Shown here: piece by piece, positions 54,408 through 64,000 of the stretch
Layout: each line of letters starts with the position of its first letter
Position numbering within the stretch: position 1 is the stretch's first letter
Program-made: the position numbers and the translations under genes
The notes under the pieces: generated by a model
What the model was told of the DNA's origin: nothing
The model's database searches: none
Seen by the model: the letters and a program-made list of their open reading frames with translations, nothing else
Source: Octopus vulgaris
Lineage: Eukaryota
Direction: 5' to 3'
Length of the DNA: 64,000 nt
Assembly: GCA_951406725.2 (NCBI GenBank)
Contig: OX597821.1
Coordinates: 19,158,001 to 19,222,000, forward strand

Positions 54408-54959
54408 ATTACACACACTCATACATATATATATATACATACATGCATGCACTTATATATCTTCATCTAACCTCCTCCCCTTGCCTCTCCCCCCTCCCTC
54501 TTACTTCCTCCCACCCGCCTCTCCTCTCTTGCGCCGACTCCTACTTCTCTTCACTCCTACTCCTCTTCACCCTACTCTCTTTCTCTCTTCTCTCTTCCCA
54601 CCTTACTCTCTTACTCTCTTCTCTCATAACCACCTTCCCCCTCACCCTTTATCGTCAAACCTCCCCCAGAAGCTCACTCCACCCGTGCTTTCCCAACTCT
54701 CACCTCCCCACCTCTTAACACCATCACACCTCACCACACTACACCATACCACACAACACATCAAATCACAACACACCAGCACGAACACACTAACACTGAC
54801 CAATTCTCATCCCCACATTTTCACAACTACACATATACACACGCACGCGTCAAGATCACCAGCCGTCTTTCACACGTACATACGTACTCTCTTACACACA
54901 CGCGCACTTTTGTTTTGGTATCACCACTACTTTGTTATCTCCCCTACTTCTAAGCTCTC

Positions 54960-55175
54960 CTATGTGACCCTTCCGTCCGGCATTCGCCATGATAAATCGA
55001 TAGCCACTCTCCTTGTTTCTCTCTTTGTTTCTTTCTGTGTTCCTTTCTGTGGAAGAGCGTAGGCTCGAAACGTTAAAGACTTTTTCAATTCCCGAGCGTT
55101 ATAATAATACATCTGTTTATTTTCTACACCACTTGTTTCGTCTTTTGTTTTTTTCGTGAATTCTTCCCCCCTATA
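54960..55175 (+). mobile_element. HHR family A element; pyrimidine/CA-rich upstream part may extend to about 54460
   Basis: Collinear with 1380-1613. Confidence 0.6.
55043..55078 (+). ncRNA. Hammerhead-like fold, family A (CUGUGGA core)
   Basis: CTTT-CTGTGGA-A-GAGC(GTAG)GCTC-GAAA-CG-TT-AAAG. Confidence 0.55.
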
Positions 55176-55182
55176 CATTTAC

Positions 55183-55251
<69 letters not shown>

Positions 55252-55252
<1 letters not shown>

Positions 55253-55285
55253 TACCAGAAATACCCGGCATTGCCCGGGACTAAA
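55252..55285 (-). mobile_element. Helitron-like 3' terminus
   Basis: Reverse complement CCCGGGC-AAT-GCCGGG-TATTTCTG-GTAG|T, the same layout as 45015-45043. Confidence 0.55.
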
Positions 55286-55309
55286 ATGGCATAGTTATGT
55301 ATTGATTAA

Positions 55310-55575
55310 CTAGTTTCAGTCATATGAATGCGGCTATGCTGGAGTACCGCCGTTAGTCAAACAAATCGACCACAGGATTTATTCTTTATAAGCCTCGTAT
55401 TTATTTTCTCAGTGTGTTTTGCCAAAACGCTATGTTACAGGTTGTCAAGCATTGGTGGAGGAAGAAACACAGACATTGACACACACACAGACACAAATGT
55501 ACACAAATATACGACAGTCTTCTTTCAATTTCCATGTAAGAAATCCACTTACAAGTCTTTGGTCGGACTGAAGCC

Positions 55576-55577
<2 letters not shown>
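55310..55577 (-). mobile_element. Partial GGCGCAGGAGTGG-family SINE
   Basis: ATGCTGGAGTACCGCC, GGTTGTCAAGC and AAATCCACT landmarks. Confidence 0.7.
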
Positions 55578-55630
<53 letters not shown>

Positions 55631-56553
55631 GTGTGTGTGCGTATGTGTGTATACACACATATCTATATCTATATATATATATCCATATATAAGTAAAACG
55701 TCACTGTATATATATATATATATACATATTTTTGTATGTATATAAACTGGCAAAAATGCAAGCATGTGGCGAACATAAACAATTTCAACTCACCTGTAGG
55801 AAAAAGAACCTAGATATGGATAATCTCGAACCTAGGTTTGGCTTTTACAATTTACGCTTATTATCGTAAATTGGATTAGTATACATCGGCTAGATTAATT
55901 TCGCTACATCAATAATATTAACAGACCGGGAACAGTATGTATGTATAGTAATGTATAAGTACGCACATGTGAGCGTATGAGTAGCCATGCTTACGTGTTT
56001 ACTATGAACTTTTAATCTTAATTTATATAAGTAGCGGAATTATAACATAGTAATTTCCCTTTACATAACGGTATTATTTCATAGCGTTTTTCAGATGGCC
56101 AGATAACCGAAGAGGTGTTGTGGATTTCCACTTCGGTATCCGAAACTCAGAGTTTTATCTTGGCTATTGAATAATTGTCACATATTAATTTACAGATAAA
56201 TTATAGTTCTAATATCTGACAATAATAAAGCAGATTTGTTCGCTGGTGTAATCGGTAGCATAATTGGTTGCGTAAACAAACAGATATGTGTTCGAATCCC
56301 ACGCGTAAGTGGAAAACCTATTTTCTTCTGTCGAGGGCTTACATGTCCTTTTATTTGACTATTTTAGCGGTGATCGCTATAAGCATTAAACTTATAAAAT
56401 GGTACTATTTGTATTTAGAGAGTTGTAAAAATCGACACTGCTTAACAAAACCATCGTAGTAAAAGTACATGAAGGTTTGCTTACAAAAACAAATACGAAT
56501 TAATTATACTTTAACAATATGAGGGTGAATGTGTATTTGACGTTCGCCTGTGG

Positions 56554-56638
<85 letters not shown>

Positions 56639-56924
56639 CATCTTTGTGTTTGTGTCTCTCCCTTACAGTTTGACAAGCGGTGCTGGCTTTTTTTACATAC
56701 TCTTAAGGTAGTGGTTCAGCAAAAGTGGGTCGATTTGTTATTGTATCAGACTTTTTAAAAAATAAGTAATAAGATTGATCTATTGAAAATAAGCAGTAAC
56801 ATTGTTCCAGTGTAGCACTTGAAGACGGTTCCAAATGATAGCAAGAGCATGGCCAGAGCATGGCAACATCATGCCACAGCATGGCCAGAACCCTATGTCT
56901 CAAAGAAGTAAATGGTAGTAGATA

Positions 56925-56986
<62 letters not shown>

Positions 56987-57037
56987 TTATCTATTTATTT
57001 ATTTATTTATCCATCTCTCTGTCTGTCTGTCTGTTTG

Positions 57038-57091
<54 letters not shown>

Positions 57092-57974
57092 CATCTATCT
57101 ATTTATCCATCTGTCTATCTGTCTGTCTATCTTTCTTTGTATCTATCTATTTATCTATCCGCCTCTCCCTCTCTATATATATAAATATGTGTGTGTGTGT
57201 GTGTGTGTGTGTATAATTATGCTCGCATGCATGTAGGTCTGTGTGCAAACATCAAGTACGAAGGTTTTTTTTTTAAGTATTACATAATCGGAATTTTAGA
57301 AGTTGAACACTTTAGAATGCTAACGCAATACTGTTTTGTAAAAGAAAAAAAAAGGGAAGTAAAATGGAAAGAAACAAAGCAAAGAATCCTATATACTTTT
57401 TCTTCGTTTAAAATTTCTATTCGGAAAGGAAAAAAGTTTCGTCTCGAAATTGAATGATTTACAGAGATTCGACTGTGTTTGTCGAAGCCTGAAGATGACC
57501 TAAAATATTCAGTACTAATGTCAACAGCAAGTTAAACTTTCCGACAATAGTTTTTTTTAATTTTTTTTAAAGAAAGCATTTTTCCGTCGACATTTTGGAA
57601 GAAGCCAGACTGAGCGATGGCGAGAGTAGCAGAAAAGAATAGAAAAAAGAGAAAAAAAAAGGAAACAAAAAGAAATAGGAGGGGGAAAGAAAAGGGAGAG
57701 AAAGAGATAAAGGAAGGGTGAGAGAAGAGAGATGAAAAGGAGCGAGTTAGAAGAGAGAGAGAGAGCGGGAGAGAGAGAAAGTGAAGAAAAGAAGAGGGAG
57801 CATGGGGGGAGAATTGGAGAAGAAAAAGGTTTAATAGAAAGATAAAAGGGGTGAGAGAAAGAGAGAGAGAGAAAAGTAGAGAGCTAAAAAAGTGAGTGAA
57901 GAAGAGAGAACAAGGAAGATTGGGAGAAAAAGAGGGAAAAGAGAGAAAAGATTAAGAGAGAGTGAGAGAGAGAG

Positions 57975-58010
<36 letters not shown>

Positions 58011-58181
58011 AGTAGTGAGTGAGACAGAATTGGAGAGAGTGAAAGAGTGAAAGAACGTCTATATGTTTTATTAGACGCCATTGTTTAATCTGTTAAAATG
58101 TCAATGAAACAATGATTCTAATAAACTCATTTTCTACGTTAGCGAAATAATAATAATAACAACAACAATAACAACAACAAC

Positions 58182-58216
<35 letters not shown>

Positions 58217-58480
58217 TAATAATAATAATAATAATTACAGTTACCTGCTGGTTTACCATGTCTGAATGGAAAGGAAGAGAAAAAATGGTACCGGCAGAAA
58301 AGATTTTAAAAATGAGGAAAAGAAAATATCGAACTAAAGCTAAGGGGCTGTTCTTTTTTTTAAACCAATGAAAACGGCAACATGGCTGGTTGAAGAAAAC
58401 TTCGAAGCGCTGCTGATTTTTCAATGTAAGATTTAATTTGGTTTCCGGAACTTGCGAATTTATGGTTAATTTCTCACATA

Positions 58481-58651
58481 GGCGCAGGATTGGCTGTGAG
58501 GTAAGTAGCTTGCTAACCAACCACATGGTTCCGGGTTCAGTCCCACTGCGTGGCATCTTGGGCAAGTGTCTTCTGCTATAGCCCCGGGCCGACCAATGCC
58601 TTGTGAGTGGATTTGGTAGACGGAAACTGAAAGAAGCCCGTCGTATATATG

Positions 58652-58686
<35 letters not shown>

Positions 58687-58892
58687 TTGTGTGTCTGTGT
58701 TTGTCCCCCTAGTATTGCTTGACAAGCGATGCTGGTGTGTTTACGTCCCCGTCACTTAGCGGTTCGGCAAAAGAATAAGTACTGGGCTTACAAAGAATAA
58801 GACCCGGGGTCGATTTGCTCGACTAAAGGCAGTGCTCCAGCATGGCCGCAGTCAAATGACTGAAACAAGTAAAAGAGTAAAAGAGTAAAGAG
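58481..58892 (+). mobile_element. Full-length GGCGCAGGAGTGG-family SINE
   Basis: Near-identical to 24404-24815. Confidence 0.9.
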
Positions 58893-59019
58893 CATATATA
58901 TATATTATTCATTTTTAAAACTGGCATTTGGACTGTGATAATCTAAAAAATGTAGCATAAAACAAAAGCGGTGCGCACATACATACACGCACTGATATAA
59001 TAATGATAAAAATAATAAA

Positions 59020-59268
59020 TGTGCCCTTTTAAAACCTAGCCAGGCCCATGGGTCCGGTTTCCCGGTTTCAATGGCATATGTTTTCCCCAGCTGGACGGGA
59101 CGCCAGTCCATCGCAGCGTTACTCATTTTTTCCAAGCTGAGTGGATTGGAGCAACGTGAAATGAAGTGTTTTGCTCAAGAACACAACGCGTCGCCCGCTC
59201 CAGGAATCGAAACCACAATCTTACGATCATGATGCTGCCACCCTAACAACCAAGCCACGCTCCTCCAC
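59020..59268 (-). mobile_element. tRNA-SINE (core 2 + tail C)
   Basis: Tail GACGGGACGCCAGTCCATCGCAGCGTTACTC as at about 5112; core AGCTGAGTGGA..TTGCTCAAGAACACAAC as at about 21820. Confidence 0.85.
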
Positions 59269-59578
59269 ACACGCACAGATATACAAACTCGTAACGCGCG
59301 CGCAGACACATTTTCTCCCAAAAGTATCTTTTATCTTTTACCTGTTTCAGTCATTCGACTGAAGCCATGCCGAGGCACGTGCTTGAAGGTTACTTTTGTA
59401 GATCGCATCGACACAAATAATTATTTTATAAACCGGTACGTTCATAAAACCGTCCCTAAATATATACACACACAAATACACACACAAACACTCACATACA
59501 CGCTCACAGATGCACACACAAATTCACGCACACATTCACACACACACATACAAGTATGTATATATATATATATATATA

Positions 59579-59650
<72 letters not shown>

Positions 59651-59849
59651 AATCAAGGAATGGCCATAATAGGCCATTCACCCACTAGAAATAACAGCCA
59701 AAGCTTCAACCGCAAAATAACATCAATTCCGCAAACCAGGAGAAAATTAAAAAAACATTTACCCTGTAATTTCTTATACGATACACCGTTTCCCACTAGG
59801 CCGCTGGTGGCAAATAAATTCTACGAAATTTTTTGCCACTCTATATTGA

Positions 59850-59905
<56 letters not shown>

Positions 59906-60034
59906 GTACTCAATGGCACACACACATATCCATACATACACACACACAAACATACCAATATGTATATATATATATATATATATATATGCCTGTGTGTGTA
60001 TATATATATATCTTCTTTTCTTTTTTTAATTGCT

Positions 60035-60167
60035 TCAATCAAATCGACCCCAGGACTTACTCTTTGTAAGCCCAAGTTACTGGGACGTAAACACACCAAC
60101 ATCGATTGTCAAGCGATGGTGGGGGTACAAAGACAGAAAACTAATATATACATATGTACACATATAC

Positions 60168-60242
<75 letters not shown>

Positions 60243-60410
60243 TATATATATACGACGGGGGGCTTCCTTCAGTTTCCGTTTACCATATCCACTCATAGGG
60301 CTTTGATCGGTCCTACGCTATAGTAGAAGATAGATGTCAAAGGTACCTCGCAGTGGGACTCGAACCCGGACACATGTGGTTGGAATGGAAGGTTCTTACC
60401 ACACAGCCAA
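60035..60410 (-). mobile_element. GGCGCAGGAGTGG-family SINE
   Basis: Reverse-complement landmarks CAGTGGGACT, TTCAGTTTCCGT, GGGACGTAAACACACC. Confidence 0.8.
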
Positions 60411-60475
60411 ACATATATATATATATATATATATAACCTTGGTCGTCGTAACCGACGGAGTGCTTCCAATATATA

Positions 60476-60550
<75 letters not shown>

Positions 60551-60554
<4 letters not shown>

Positions 60555-60880
60555 AGCACTCCGACGAGGGTTCCGGTTGATCCGATCAACGGAACAGCCC
60601 GCTCGTGAAATTAACGTGTAAGTGGCTGAGCACTCCACAGACGCGTGTACCCTTAACGTAGTTCTCGGGGATATTCAGCGTGACACAGAGAGTGACAAGG
60701 CCGGCCCTTTGAAATACAGGTACAACAGAAACAGGAAGTAAGAGTGAGAGAAAGTTGTGGTGAAAGAGTACAGCAGGGATCACCACCATCCCTGCCGGAG
60801 TCTCGTGGAGCTTTTTAGGTGTTTTCGCTCTATAAAGACTCACAACGCCCGGTCTGGGATTCGAAATGCGATCCTACGAC
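60551..60880 (-). mobile_element. tRNA-SINE (core 1 + tail A), head truncated at the LINE junction
   Basis: Near-identical to 8856-9190. Confidence 0.88.
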
Positions 60881-62233
60881 CCTACCATAACCAAACTAGA
60901 ACGCATTCTCTTTCGCTTCTTGTGGAAAGGATGCGTCCCGATGGTCAGGCGATCCATTTGCTGTCAACACCCGTTAAAAGGAGGGCTGGGCATGCCGTGG
61001 TTGATGATGCGCAGACACGCGCTGAGACTGCGAGATCTCTGGCTCTATGTAGACGACGGTGAACAGGTGTGGTCGCCGTTTGTGAGGCACGCTTTCCCGC
61101 AACTCGTCTCCATGACCGAACTGCAGTCGTGGATCAAAAAGAGGCCGAGGAAGGGCGAATGGCACCGCGAGTGTCGCGTTGCTCTCAAGCAACTCTGCCG
61201 TCCCGGGTCGACCTTGAGTGACTTCAACACAACCAAAGCATTCTATAGGGAATTAGTGGAGGGGAGGTACGACGACGATCTCGGGGCAAACCTGGGCGTC
61301 GACGAGGAATACCTGACCCGCCTGTTTCAAACGACTTTCGGCCCGGGACCTATGGATAACTTCCAGAGACCCCTGGCCTGGCGGTGCTACCGAGAGGCGC
61401 TACCCGTTCGGGATAAGATCTATAGGCATGGCTCGAGAAACACGAGGCCGACCTGCCCGAGATGCGGGCAGAGCGACGAAACCGCTCTGCACGCAATCGT
61501 GCAGTGTCCAGCAATTTCCGACTTGTGGACATATGTCGAACGACTGCTGTCACGTATGGGACGTGTCGGTTTATCAGCCGAGTCTATCGTTAATATCGTC
61601 ACGCCTCCTTCCTTCAAACGGGAAGGAAGAGCTATTTTTATCATACTTGTGGCTATGGCGAAAGAATGTATCTGGTGGACGCGCCTGAAAGGATTAGAGA
61701 CAAACACTTTCCTCTCTGGTCAATCTCTCATCAACTTCTTCAAGTATCACTTGAAGAGGAAAGTGAGAGTAGAGAGGCAAGTTTTGTCTAGTGAATGTTT
61801 TAAAAAGATGGGTGAATGTAGCAAGGATGGCACGTATGAATGACGAAGCCACCTTCACTATGATTCTATGAACCATAAAAATTAATACAGAGAGTTGCTT
61901 ATTTGCAAAAAAAAAAAAAAGAAATATAACATGTGACTTCATTGACCGAGGTTACCGTGGTCTTTTCCGTAGGCTTTTCTTTCCACGGGTAAACCTCACC
62001 TGTCCTCCCCTTTACACTTCATATTGACATTTCTGTGATAACGATCCCTATTGATCATTTTTTTTCCTCTCCCCCTTTTTTTTACCCCCCTTTTTTTGTC
62101 CTCTGTCTCTCCTTTTACGATCCCTTTTGATCGAAACTCCCCCTCCTTTTTTTTTTTTTTAACCTTCAAAAGAAAAGCTCGACCTTGTAATTTGTTATAT
62201 CTGTGTGCAGCCCTGTGTGGCTAATAAAGAAAC
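60881..62233 (+). mobile_element. 5'-truncated Tx1/L1-clade LINE: ORF2 C-terminus, 3' UTR and AATAAA
   Basis: LFRFLWKG..GGLGMP..CPRCGQSDETALHAIVQC (C-terminal CCHC); pyrimidine-rich UTR; AATAAA at 62223 followed by (TATC)n. Confidence 0.88.
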
Positions 62234-62234
62234 A

Positions 62235-64000
<1,766 letters not shown>

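Overview
AT-rich, microsatellite-saturated eukaryotic DNA with no confidently identifiable host gene. The SINE families and repeat content suggest a cephalopod (octopus-like) genome; this is inference. Nearly all long ORFs in the supplied track are translations of (TA)n, (CA)n, (TATG)n, (TATC)n or trinucleotide repeats. The real coding remnants all come from transposons: a CR1/L2-group LINE 3' end (plus a local inverted copy), two Penelope-like (PLE) GIY-YIG fragments (one missed by the ORF track), R4/Dong-type RLE non-LTR fragments, a decayed mariner, and a Tx1/L1 ORF2 end followed by a new ORF1. There are also Helitron-like elements, an RTE-like short element and about 20 tRNA-derived SINEs. 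Three signals stand out. (1) Eleven minimal type-I hammerhead-ribozyme (HHR) folds in about five families: stem I - CUGANGA - stem II - GAAA - palindromic stem III - UH - stem I'. (2) One HHR family sits behind a tRNA-like Pol III head, making a candidate ribozyme-bearing SINE, found here as a head-to-head pair. (3) Many local inverted duplications, often at (TA)n tracts, including one short inverted copy flanked by a 15-bp target-site duplication. All folds and alignments were done by eye.
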